64,000 bases of DNA, taken from the NCBI RefSeq assembly GCF_036588685.1, contig NC_086383.1, positions 49,352,001-49,416,000 on the forward strand. Direction: 5' to 3'. Positions 25,011 to 36,606 of the stretch are shown in pieces. This DNA comes from Mytilus trossulus. Taxonomy: Eukaryota. Position numbers and translations under genes: made by a program. Under the pieces are notes generated by a model, which saw only the letters and a list, made by a program, of their open reading frames with translations, ran no database searches and was not told the origin of the DNA. Every line of letters begins with the position of its first letter. Position 1 is the stretch's first letter.

Positions 25011-26278
25011 CTAAAACAATTAAAATATATATATATTTTAATGTATTGTGGAACAATATCATATTTAATAGTGTATCAACTTTGTTTTACTCTGCCGTTA
25101 CACCGGGCCAAGTGGGACAACTAAACATATAAGAAGGTGCTACACATTCTCAGAATGCAAATTCAGATATTCAAGGAATGTTAACAATCTGATTAAAATG
25201 GACTGTTCATCAAACAGTCACACGAACATTGTCCCTACAATGATCTAGTCACGTGACCGGATATACCCATGTGAACACAATAATGTTGATGCACTTATTA
25301 AATCATTTCTTTTATAAAATTATTCAATTGTTGTCTTGTTTATCATTTCTTTTTTTTCCTTTAGATTACAAATCAATAATGGAAATTATTGATCTTTCAT
25401 TTCTCCATTTGTTTTACTCTCCTTTTGATATTTCTGTAGCAATTTTCAGTCTACAAGGATGTGTATATCTGCATTATTGATTACGCAGCTTTCATCTATA
25501 AAGATAAATTAAACAGTTGTTGTCCATTCATTTTTGATGTGTTTTGTCATTTGATGTTGTCAAGATTAGGGACTTTCCGATTTGATTTTTCTCTGAGTTC
25601 AGCATTTTTGTGATTTTAATTTTTTTTTGTCCGTCATACATATTCATTTACATTTTGCTGAAATTTTGGTTCAAAAGCATTTAATTTGAAAATATATGTA
25701 TAAATAATTCTATCTGGAAAATTCGTTGACTTTGCCTCTTATTTCTTTGTGTTTATAAGCAGTGTGAACCGTTCCTATTCTATGCGATAGTAAGCAGCGA
25801 ACATTGTACAAGTACAAGATGCATGTCACCGATTGTCAATTCAAACAGAACTCTTCCTAACTCTTTACATCAATTAGAAACAAACAAATAGAAGAAGTAT
25901 AATACCGCCTGCACATATATTACCGTTCGCTTTGGCTCGATTCATCAAAACAAACTTAGATTATTGATAAAAGTTCCATTACAACCATATACACTAATCT
26001 TTCAAATGTGTGAATCTGTCGTAAGCATTAGAAAAAAAAAACATAAATTTGTGCAAAAGTCAATAACTGGGGAAAACATACATAAAAAACGGTATGTATG
26101 AATATTAAAGAAAGTACATGACGTTTAGCAGACGACAATTGACTTAAGATGTCATTTTAATAAATTCAAGTATGTGGTTGACCTTGACATTTGCGATTTG
26201 AGTATAAATAAAATCGTTTGTCAGAAGGGAACACGCATTTTTCTTTCTTTTTGGTTGATACATATCTCATTTGAAATA

Positions 26279-26479
26279 CTGTGGATTCATTATTATTCGT
26301 TGGATACCAATTTTCGTGGGTACGGGTAAACCACGATATCAAATGTACCACGAATATCATATTTTCCCTAGGCTTTGTTTGCAGAGATTTGGCAAAACCA
26401 CGAAATCAAATCTCCACGAATATGCAAGTTGTCAGTAGCCCACGAAAATTGATACAAACGAAAATAAATGAATCCACAG
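26279..26479. mobile_element. Tc1/mariner-type MITE (CTGTGGATTCATT TIR, TA TSD)
   Basis: Inverted termini with TA flanks; second copy at 5149-5355. Confidence 0.8.
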
Positions 26480-26528
26480 TAATACCACTTATCTACATAT
26501 ATAAATATATATATATTTTAAGATATAC

Positions 26529-26674
26529 CATGCATATGTGTTTGTTGTGTTCACAATACCCTTCAACATCGTCACATCTAGGATCACTTCTTTTGTGTCG
26601 ACTTGTCAGGAATGATTTAGCAACACTAGCAGGTAAATTCCATGAAACTTTGGACGAAATAACCTCTTTTGTTG
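26529..26674 (-). CDS. Paralog 2 coding exon 2: TKEVISSKVSWNLPASVAKSFLTSRHKR/SDPRCDDVEGYCEHNKHICM
   Basis: CAG acceptor, GTATAT donor, 146 nt; homologous to 13780-13928. Confidence 0.85.
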
Positions 26675-27654
26675 CTGAAAATGAGGATAGTTTAAATGCA
26701 AATTTATCCCCTTCCCTTTCATAAATGTGACCTACCGAATTAGATTATTTATCGGATTTGTTATCTCATAAGCAACACGACGGGTGCCACATGTGCAGCA
26801 AGATCTACCTACCCCTCCGAAGCACCTGATACACGTGATATCACCCCTTCTTTTGGTGGGGTTCGTGTTGTTTATTCTATAGTTTTCTACGTTGTTTCAG
26901 GTGTACTATTGATTGTCTGTTTGTCCTTTTCACTTTTAGCCATGACCTTGTCAGTTTATTTCCAATTGATGAGTTTGACTGTCAATCTGGTGTCTTTCAT
27001 CCCTCTTTTATTGAACTTCAAGACATATTTGGGTAATGAACAGATAACCTATATTTGACGAAAAGGGCACTGCACGAAACGTATCATTAAACAATGTATT
27101 AACCTCTTTGTTTTTGTTTGCTATATTAATTCCAAGGAGTAATTACTTGTCACGAAAACATATATCTAGAATTAAAAATACGATATCTCATAATCCTTTT
27201 CAGAAGTTAATTCCTGTTTCTCATATTCTAATTTTTCATTCGTGTAAATATATATAAAAAAAACATGAGGTATATTTCTCATGCAACAACAAGGCTAAAG
27301 AAGGTATTGTTTAGCAATAATCTGTTCTCTTTTTTTTGTGCTATTTCACATTTCCTGACCGTTGTGAGAAAAACATTTCTTCTCACTAGTCAAAAATCTG
27401 TTCTCGGCAAATGATTGCTTGAAACTTAATTTTGACGTTAAATGTTCTTGTTTTCTTCTGAATTTTCTTAATCATGTTATTATGACGCCATGAAAAAGAG
27501 AGACAATGTCTGATGACGTCTAATCAAAAGTAAACAATTTTCTTTCAAAAGGAAGGATAAAAATCATTAGAGAAACAGTTTCCACCACTGTAACTCGTGT
27601 ATTACAATATTTATCCACTCTCAACGGTTAGATTTTTATTATTTAAAAAGCTCG

Positions 27655-29146
27655 GCAAGCCTCGCGCTTCAAATATTTAAAATTTAACTATCTCGAGTGG
27701 AGAAATATCTGAATACACTTGTTTCAGTTGTGAAATCTATATTTATACGAAGAGTTGATTTGTACCGATTGATTTGGTAACAAAAAAATGAGGAAGTTTA
27801 TCTAAGAATTCAAACAAAACGATTAGGTTTAAGTACAATAAATGATAGTCATATTTGTGAATAAGTTATTTTTGTGTTACTTACCTAAACATAGCATTAT
27901 GCATATCAAAATTCTATTGCAGATCATCTTCTTAATAATTCGACCCATCTAAAACACATTTTCAAATATGGATTGTTTCATATGAAATAAATCAACAGTA
28001 AAGCGTTCATGACAATAATGCATTTTACTTTTATATAATTATCAGCATTATGGTTTATCATATAATTATAGTATCAAACCTTACAAAATATTGCAAAATC
28101 CAGTACATTATCTAATGCACTTTTAAAAACCTTAACAGAAACATTTGAATATCTAAACATACCTTACCAAAAATACTAAAAGTTTCAATCATTCAGATTA
28201 AATTAATAGACCAAACAAATATACCCTACTCTTATCAGTGACATATTCGATTTCGTTTTTGTCTACCGATATAAAAATTTAAAGCATTTATTCGTGATGA
28301 AAAATGTTGACCTTATCTAAACATTTGACACAAGGAAGTGCCGAACCGAAATTTGGCGGGAAATGTAATGAATAATTATTTTTCAAAATTCAGTAAAAGA
28401 GCAAGCCTCGCGCTTCAAATATTTAAAATTTAACTATCTCGAGTGGAGAAATATCTGAATACACTTGTTTCAGTTGTGAAATCTATATTTATACGAAGAG
28501 TTGATTTGTACCGATTGATTTGGTAACAAAGAAATGAGGAAGTTTATCTAAGAGTTCAAACAAAACGATTAGGTTTAAGTACAATAAATGATAGTCATAT
28601 TTGTGAATAAGTTATTTTTGTGTTACTTACCTAAACATAGCATTATGCATATCAAAATTCTATTGCAGATCATCTTCTTAATAATTCGACCCATCTAAAA
28701 CACATTTTCAAATATGGATTGTTTCATATGAAATAAATCAACAGTAAAGCGTTCATGACAATAATGCATTTTACTTTTATATAATTATCAGCATTATGGT
28801 TTATCATATAATTATAGTATCAAACCTTACAAAATATTGCAAAATCCAGTACATTATCTAATACACTTTTAAAAACCTTAACAGAAACATTTGAATATCT
28901 AAACATACCTTACCAAAAATACTAAAAGTTTCAATCATTCAGATTAAATAAATAGACCAAACAAATATACCCTACTCTTATCAGTGACATATTCGATTTC
29001 GTTTTTGTCTACCGATATAAAAATTTAAAGCATTTATTCGTGATGAAAAATGTTGACCTTATCTAAACATTTGACACAAGGAAGTGCCGAACCGAAATTT
29101 GGCGGGAAATGTAATGAATAATTATTTTTCAAAATTCAGTAAAAGA
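27655..29146. repeat. 746-bp near-perfect tandem duplication (27655-28400 / 28401-29146)
   Basis: Constant 746 offset; about four substitutions seen by eye. Confidence 0.95.
27885..27948 (-). CDS. Paralog 2 coding exon 1: signal peptide (MGRIIKK)MICNRILICIMLCL
   Basis: TAG acceptor directly before ATG 27948, second in-frame ATG at 27927, donor G|GTAAGT; duplicated at 28631-28694. Confidence 0.75.
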
Positions 29147-29764
29147 ACAATCAAACAAAAAGCGTCTGGGCTAAACATTTGATTGTCGAATTACACAACT
29201 TTTTAAAAGAGTATTCTTAACTTTAGGTTTTAATTTTTACTGTTATCACGATCATAGTCTACACGATCATGTATACATTAACTGCTATTTAATAGCTCTA
29301 TTTACCAACCGGAAACAAATTATGAATCTCCGAAAGAATTAGATAATAAGGCTGTGATTGGTACTTCAACGCGAACAACCTTGAAATGACAAAAAGGTCA
29401 GGTTTTTCCTTTACGATATCATCTGTTTGATATAGGAGAAACCTTGTATTGAGGGGTTGTCTCATTAACAAAGCTTTGTATCTTTTATCAGATTATTGAT
29501 GTTTACAAATTAATTTCAAATTTATTGACATTAACTTGAATAATTTAGAGGCCTTTAAAAAGACCATCAGAGATCGGGGGAATATAACGAGTGACATTAT
29601 TCGGATTTGATCAACATCAAAAACAAATGATTTAATTATCTATTGAATAAACGCTACCTAATTCAATCTGTGATAACGACAGAGAAATTATTGGATGTTT
29701 AGTTTATATTTGATAAGTTTTACCGCCAGATATACAATACTTCGATATGCACTGTGTGACTTAA

Positions 29765-29972
29765 GGTGGTAGACCTTGGTTCAGGGAGATAACTCTTTAC
29801 ATCAGTAATGCGTTTGTAAAAGTCAAGTTTTATCAAAGTATCTTAAGCATTTACCTGAAACAGATTGGAAAAATCTATGTAACCTAGAAGCTTAGAATAT
29901 ATCTAGGAAAATGGTTGAGACAAACGTACTGATGATTTTAAGAGTTATTTCCCTTAACCTAGGTCTACCTCC
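29765..29972. mobile_element. Kolobok-like MITE (TTAA TSD, GG...CC termini)
   Basis: TTAA-GGTGGTAGACCTTGGTTCAGGGAGATAACTCT ... AGAGTTATTTCCCTTAACCTAGGTCTACCTCC-TTAA. Confidence 0.72.
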
Positions 29973-30827
29973 TTAATAACATCAATCAGAATTTTCCTCA
30001 ATGGATTTAACATGTTAATTCTATAAAATAGATTTAAATTGGTTCAATTTTATTTATTGTATTATTATAGATATCAGTATCATCAGAACCTTTACAATCA
30101 AAAGTATGTCAAGGACTAATCGGTATGTGTTACCATAGTTCGTATGTTAGATTAATTATAATAAGAGTAATTGAAATGTAATGTTTTGAGCCTGAGTTTC
30201 ACCGAAGAAACATTTGTTATCGAAATGCGCAGCTCGTGCAGTCAAATTGATATCGTTAACTTCAATGTTATGAATACTTTAACCAATAATGGATTTTAGC
30301 GTTTAGTAAAACTTTTATCATAAATAACAAAATCGAATAAATGTCGCGAATTTAGATTTTTATAATATAACAAACTCTGATTTTAACTTTTCAAACAGTG
30401 GTATCTTTAATTGGACTATTAATATTGTGTTTTGTTAGCCTGAGGAAAGGGGGAGGGGTGCCGGTTATATATAAGAATAAATTGTTTGCATTAGATAGTT
30501 GGTGTTTTTTACATAAGACAAATACGATCCGCTTGCCTTCGTGCTTTTAATCAATGACTTGATTGCTCTGTTTCAAGTCAAAGGGCAACTGTTCACGAAA
30601 TTAAGGACAATTATGCAAGTAATTGAATGATAAGATTGGGTTCTGGTCAATGGGCCTATCTATTTGAATATAATTATATAATCGTTGAGTATGAATCAGA
30701 AAATCACTATAAGCATGTATATTTTAGCGAGCTCTTCACGACCTGTTACGTCGGTAGTGACAGTCAGATCAATCCCAACAGACATAGAAAAATATTATAT
30801 CATCTATACATATTGTTATGCTTTTAC

Positions 30828-31167
30828 TTTTCTACACTGGTTACAGGTATAGGGGGAGGGTTGAGATCTCACAAACATGTTTAACCCCGCCGCATTTTTG
30901 CGCCTGTCCCAAGTCAGGAGCCTCTGGCCTTTGTTAGTCTTGTATTATTTAAATTTTAGTTTCTTGTGTACAATTTGGAAATTAGTATGGCGTTCATTTT
31001 CACTGAACTAGTATATATTTGTTTAGGGGCCAGCTGAAGGACGCCTCCGGGTGCGGGAATTTCTCGCTACATTTAAGACCTGTTGGTGACCTTCTGCTGT
31101 TGTGTTTTTTTATTTTGGTCGGGTCGTTGTCTCTTTGACACATTCCCCATTTCCATTCTCAATTTTA
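30828..31167 (+). mobile_element. SINE-like repeat with CCTGTCCCAAG (Nin/Deu-domain-like) core; partial copies ~19255-19418, 55880-55945, 63305-63398
   Basis: Several within-window copies share the tail GTCTCTTTGACACATTCCCCATTTCCATTCTCAATTTTAT; family name is from recall. Confidence 0.65.
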
Positions 31168-31459
31168 TATAGTAAATAAAACGTAAACGCCCTAAAAATG
31201 AAGTTGAAAGTACATGTATAAAAAAATGCATGTACACGAAAATTTCAATGAAACAACAATTCAGCAATGAAAAACTTAACCAGTGGCAGAGGAGGTGTAC
31301 TTCAGCTGGCTCCTAAACAAATATTTATTGAAGCATCATTGAGATAAATTGTTGCATATTGATTTCTGCACGCCTTTCTTTTTATAAAAAAAAATGCCAT
31401 AGATGGTCGACAAATAATGCATGTTCGATTTGTTTATAAAATTAAAATCAAACAGTATA

Positions 31460-31960
31460 CATGACGATATTTCTGGTTGGTAAGTATTTCGGTTTTTTTA
31501 TGGCTGCCATTTGTTTGTTGATTGATGTATTTCTGACGATTTTGGTGTGACTACTTTCTCGATGGAATTGGTTGTATGTTGTGTCTCTTGTATAACTATT
31601 TCACTGTAATTACTTGTTATCCTGTTGGAATAATATGTGATGAGTTGTTTCTAATACTGATTATCTGATGTGCTTGAGTCATTGAGCCTGGCTCTTGTGT
31701 ATGATTCTCTGGGTCATCGCTAGCGCCGTATTGGCGGTTACGTACCATTTAAGTACCATTTAAGCTCTAGAGGCTATGGGACACCGTTATTTGACGGTTT
31801 CAATAATTGCTTTTAAAACGTCAATAAAGCAGACCATTTTAAGGTCCAAAAACCTCTCTTTTGACATTTTCTGATACTTTCCTGTACAAGACCGACACTG
31901 CTGATGGTGGAACCTTCGTTTTCTTTTATTTAAATTCATTGGAAAAATACAGTGACTAAC
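31460..31960 (-). pseudogene. Possible decayed LTR-retrotransposon (Gypsy-like) integrase C-terminal fragment
   Basis: Broken minus-strand frames give SRA*MV, VRNRQ and IKKPKYL, echoing PRSYxV / RRNRR / KKPxYL motifs in the expected order; heavily disrupted. Confidence 0.25.
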
Positions 31961-33169
31961 CTTTTTCATTTACAATAATTGCGGCATGTTATGCATAAAA
32001 GAGAGATACCATGTCTTAATGTATCATAATTGTTACTTCAGATGATAAAAAAAAAGCTTGAATTTGTTGGAAATAATACGACGAATCGTACTTAAATCCG
32101 ATAATGTGTTGAATCATTTTATCCACTAACATATAATGTTTTCGACATGAATACTTGTATAACTATTGATTTAAATAAATGTAAATATAAGTCTTTAACA
32201 TTTGGATCATGTTTGAAAAACTAATTCGTTTTGAAATTTTCATAAATACTCTTAATGCATGTTATGAACGTACAAAGTGATTTTATTGATATTTTGCGTA
32301 GGTTTCGTAATTTGGGAGGCAGTTTTTGATTTATAGATGGTTATAAAATTCGCAGAAAATCCAAAAGAATTTCAAGTTAATATTTTCAAGATAATTTTAA
32401 AAACAGGTAACTCTAAGTAAATTATAAAGAAAAATCAAACTAAAGCCTCTTTAATAGCTTAATTGCAAGGAAAACAAATGACCGGATTTCAAAACAAACA
32501 AAAAGAATGTTTTGATAGGAAATGTGAAATCACAAAAATACTAATCTTAGAGGAAAATCAATTCGGAAAGTCCATAATCACATGGCAAAATCAAATAACA
32601 GAACGCATCAAAAACGAATGGACAAGAACTGTCATATTCCTGACTTGGTACAGGCATTTTCGTATGTAGAAAATGGTGGGTTAAACCTGGTTCAATAGCG
32701 CCAACCCTTGTTATTGAATGCAAAAGTTTACATAACTTAGTTTTGAGGATATTCTTTTCTACCTTTTCATACGGGTGTAACTTTTATCAATAAACATTAT
32801 TTACTGTCTTATTTTTTTCTCCGCTCTATTATATTAGTCTTATTATATTGGTATACCAACATTCGGAGTAATATTTTTGTAATGACCCAAAAAAATATCA
32901 TGATACATTTGGTGGCATCTCACCGATCGAAGTTGTGTAGAATTTCAAAATCAGATGTGTATGATTGCCAATGAGACAACTGTCCACGAGCGACCAAAAT
33001 GACACAGACATTAACAACTGTACGTCACCGTACGGCCTTCAACAATGAGTAAAGCCCATACCTCATAGTCAGCTATAAAGAGCCCCGATGTAACAATGTA
33101 AACAATTCAAACGAGAAAACACTTCACTGGCTTTTTTTGTGAGATATTTATGTACTTTTTATAAGTAAA

Positions 33170-33662
33170 CTTTTGCATCTAAAAACAATTCCAAATAAAA
33201 TACGAACACTGTACAATGGTTCTTTTATTTTATTTTAAACAAGTTAGAGACAGAACATTTTCAAGCAGTTAATTTGTAAAAGTGGCTATCAGTTGATTTT
33301 TCTGCTTTTACTTTGAGTTGGCTGTATCAGCAATCCTTTGAAAATATGTATTTTTAAATACGTTTGGATGCATCTAATAACAACTCCTAATAAAATATGA
33401 ACATTGTACATTCTCCAATGATATTTTGTTTATTTCAGAATGTTTAAGACAGAATTGTTTTTTATTAGGGCAGTTAATTTGTAAAAGTGGCTATCAGTTG
33501 ATTTTTCTGGTTTTACTTTGAGTTGGCTGTATTAGAAATTCTTTGAAAATATGTATTTTTAAAATACGTTTGAATGCATCTCATAACAACTCCTAATAAA
33601 ATATGAACACTGTAATTCTCCAATGATTTTTTGTTTATTGCAAACAAGTTAAAGACAAATTT
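33170..33662. repeat. ~205-bp tandem repeat; the third unit resumes at 36607-36730 after the transposon
   Basis: GCAGTTAATTTGTAAAAGTGGCTATCAGTT at ~33265, ~33470 and ~36624. Confidence 0.85.
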
Positions 33663-36606
33663 CACGGTGGGTATGGTTGTCCTGCGAGAGAACGTACTGT
33701 GCTGGTGATTCGGTCCTGACGGGTGCTGGTGATCAATGAAAAAATGTAAACAAAGACGAAAATGATGATTTTTGACGTTTTCACTCTTAAAAAATGGAAG
33801 AAAACAGTTGAGATTTTTCAATTTCGTTTCTTATGGGTTCATATATAAACCATTCAAAAAATAACCTGTTTCAGTAAGCTTAACACAAAAATGCTCATTT
33901 TCAGAAAATCTCGAACTGAAAAAATAAAACAAAAATGCTCATAGAGTCCGCTTTCTATACCGCAATCCACACGACAAAACAATTTTGTGAAAAAACATTC
34001 TAATTTATTAAAGTTTAGCATTTTCTCAATTTATTCGTGTCCTGATACTGTGCTGGTGGGTCCTGTCATTGTGCTGGTGGGTCCTGATACGGTGCTGGTG
34101 ATTTTGGATAAGAAGTTGGTCATATTTGAAACAAATGTTACAAAATCAATAAAATTAGCCAGATAATTGTTGCCAACAGGATGTATGACTCCTATTTTAG
34201 CTCTTGTGCATCCATTTGGCTGTTTAATCGGTGTTTTCAAATGATCTGAACTTGTATTACATAATAACATAAAAGGGCAACATCTTTCGTCCAATATCAG
34301 ATAACAATATATAGTATCTAAAATAAGTTAAAAATTCCACAATACTATATAATTCATTTTATGTGTCAATTTGTTCGAAAAAAGTCGAAAAGAAGAGACT
34401 TTTTTTAATGTCATGATTATATGTCGCATTTATTTCAGATGACATGGACTACTCACCCTGATGACCCTGCTTCCTTTCATAACTTTATCCGTATACATAT
34501 ATTAATAGATAAACAAAAGGCTGCATGCAACACGTATTTTTGTATTTAAAATGATTCGTTGTAATGAGAATATTTGTAGTGAATGGAAACTGTGAGGGTC
34601 ACAATCTTAAATTGCTTATAAATGTTGCTGGAACCAGTTTCGTTATCTGATCTGAATTTTCTGAAATGTGGAAGGTAGATAGACATTTTGATATTTTTAC
34701 TCGGTAATGAACCATTGTGTTGATCCCATGCTAAACATAACAAAAATCTCTGTACAAAGGTCTGTGAATTTTCTACAAAAATAGTGATTTTATTTTCACT
34801 AAATTCTCTTTTTCTACTAAATACAATAATGAACTATAATAATGCTTTGCAAGAAGTTTCCCCTTGATATATGTACAAAATTATATCTCTATTATTCATT
34901 GTCTGTGCTGTTTTGATACAATTGCAGTTTGCACATTCCGGAATTGACAGGCCACAGGAGGGGTCATAAAACGTACACGAAAAGATAAAATATTGATATA
35001 ATTATTTAATTTGCATCTTTGAACCCCCAACCCGGCTTGTTTTTTTAGGAGCCTGGAGTGTCTAAAAATGGTCGATTACAGACAGCCGAGTACGCATTTT
35101 ACTTTCCAGGCGTGTTATTGTTGATTGTTAAAGTCCTGAAAACGGATAGATGGAAACAAAAATGTTTGATATAAATGGCTTTAGATTCATTTTTTTAAAA
35201 TATAAATTAAGGCTACATTTTAATATAATAATTATATGAATTCACAATATAAAAAAATGCAGAAAAAAAATGAATGAAGTGAAATATCTTAGTAAGGAGT
35301 CATTACTACAGAGATGGTGTGTTTGACACACAAAACTCAAAAGCTTAGTGATATTACCAATATTAAAATAAAAGTGTATTTTTTTTTGGAAAAAAAAAAG
35401 TTTGTTTCCAGGTTTTGGTGAAAAAAATAATTTTGGACCCTGAGAAAAAAAAATTGTTTGTTTCACCCTCAGCTGCCACTATATGTAATGCTAAAATTGA
35501 AAGAAAAAAATGTTTTCGGTTTGTCGCTAAAAAAATAGATTGTTCTTTGCCGAAGGCGAAAAAAAAAGTTTGCACAGAAAAAAAAAACCATACCCCCCCC
35601 CCCAGAAAATCAAATGGTTGCTGCCTTACTACTAGCTATAAGATACATTTTTCTTTTACAATTTTCTTTCACTGTAACCTCGCTCTAACTTATCCCCATC
35701 CCTCCCCCCACCCAAAATAAACACCACACCAAACAAACAAACCCGCAATACTAAAAAGTATTGTCATTCTTATAGTCAGCACTCAATTGTTCACAAACAA
35801 ATGTGTTTTAAGCTGCTAAAGACATGATTCAAACGCTCAGAAACACCTTTGTTCTATATTTTTGCTCTCCATTTTTAATCAAAACCTTTTACATTTTTAT
35901 TTTATGGGTTATTGTTGAAGGTCGTATGATGACGTATGGTTGTTAACACATACTTCCTTTGGTTTCTTATGGAAATTTGTCCATTGACAACAAACATACC
36001 ACATCATCTACTTTATATAAGTATTGTATAAATTACAACGTATTTTGGTGATCTTGCAAAATGATCGTTATCCCGAAAATTGTAAACATATTTTCTTATC
36101 TCAAAAGGGGGCAAGAAGGGTTCCATTAACATGCCAATAAATAAGATTACAGTTAGTTTAAAAACAAAATTAAAAAATAGGGGTATTTTTTTCTCTCATA
36201 ATAACAATAAACAGATTCACAACAATGTCAATTCAACAGCTAATATGTCAATAACAGTACAGCATCAATGATCTTGAATATATGCCACTTTTAACTAAAA
36301 TATAAAAGCACAGAACCAGGACATAGGAGCACAGAACCAGGACCGTTTTTCTTATCACCAGCACAGCGTCAGGACAAATCCGTTTAACGAACTTGCACGA
36401 CTTTTGCAATATAATATTGTTGTAATATACTTTGCATGGTATTTATAACACATCAGAAAAAAATTAAGCAACAAAACAGTTGTTTTATTGCCGTTCTGAT
36501 ACAATGTAAACAAACCCACCAGCACAGAATCAGGACCCACCAGCACCCGTCAGGACCAAATCACCAGCACAGTACGTTCTCTCGCAGGACAACCATACCC
36601 ACCGTG
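33663..36606. mobile_element. Non-autonomous DNA transposon with CACGGTG termini (Transib/Chapaev-like), 2944 bp
   Basis: 69-bp TIRs (33663-33731 and 36538-36606, one mismatch); AATTT direct repeat on both flanks; subterminal 21-bp repeats; splits a local 205-bp tandem repeat unit. Confidence 0.85.

Larger units (their letters stand above)
19743..27948 (-). other. Gene model, paralog 2: same propeptide/8-Cys/EGF/cbEGF/VWA/VWA architecture (~569-576 aa)
   Basis: complement(join(27885-27927 or 27885-27948,26529-26674,24899-25010,24413-24526,22999-23112,22033-22316,21044-21341,19743-20341)). Phases are identical to paralog 1 and the last five exons have identical lengths (114,114,284,298,599). 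Confidence 0.88.

Noticed and set aside
26281-26724. 147-aa plus-strand ORF
   Set aside because: A chance read-through of a MITE plus the antisense of the real minus-strand exon 26529-26674.
33670-33705. RSS nonamer at 12- or 23-bp spacing from CACGGTG
   Set aside because: The sequences at those offsets (CTGCGAGAG, CGTACTGTG) do not resemble ACAAAAACC, and the two ends are symmetric.
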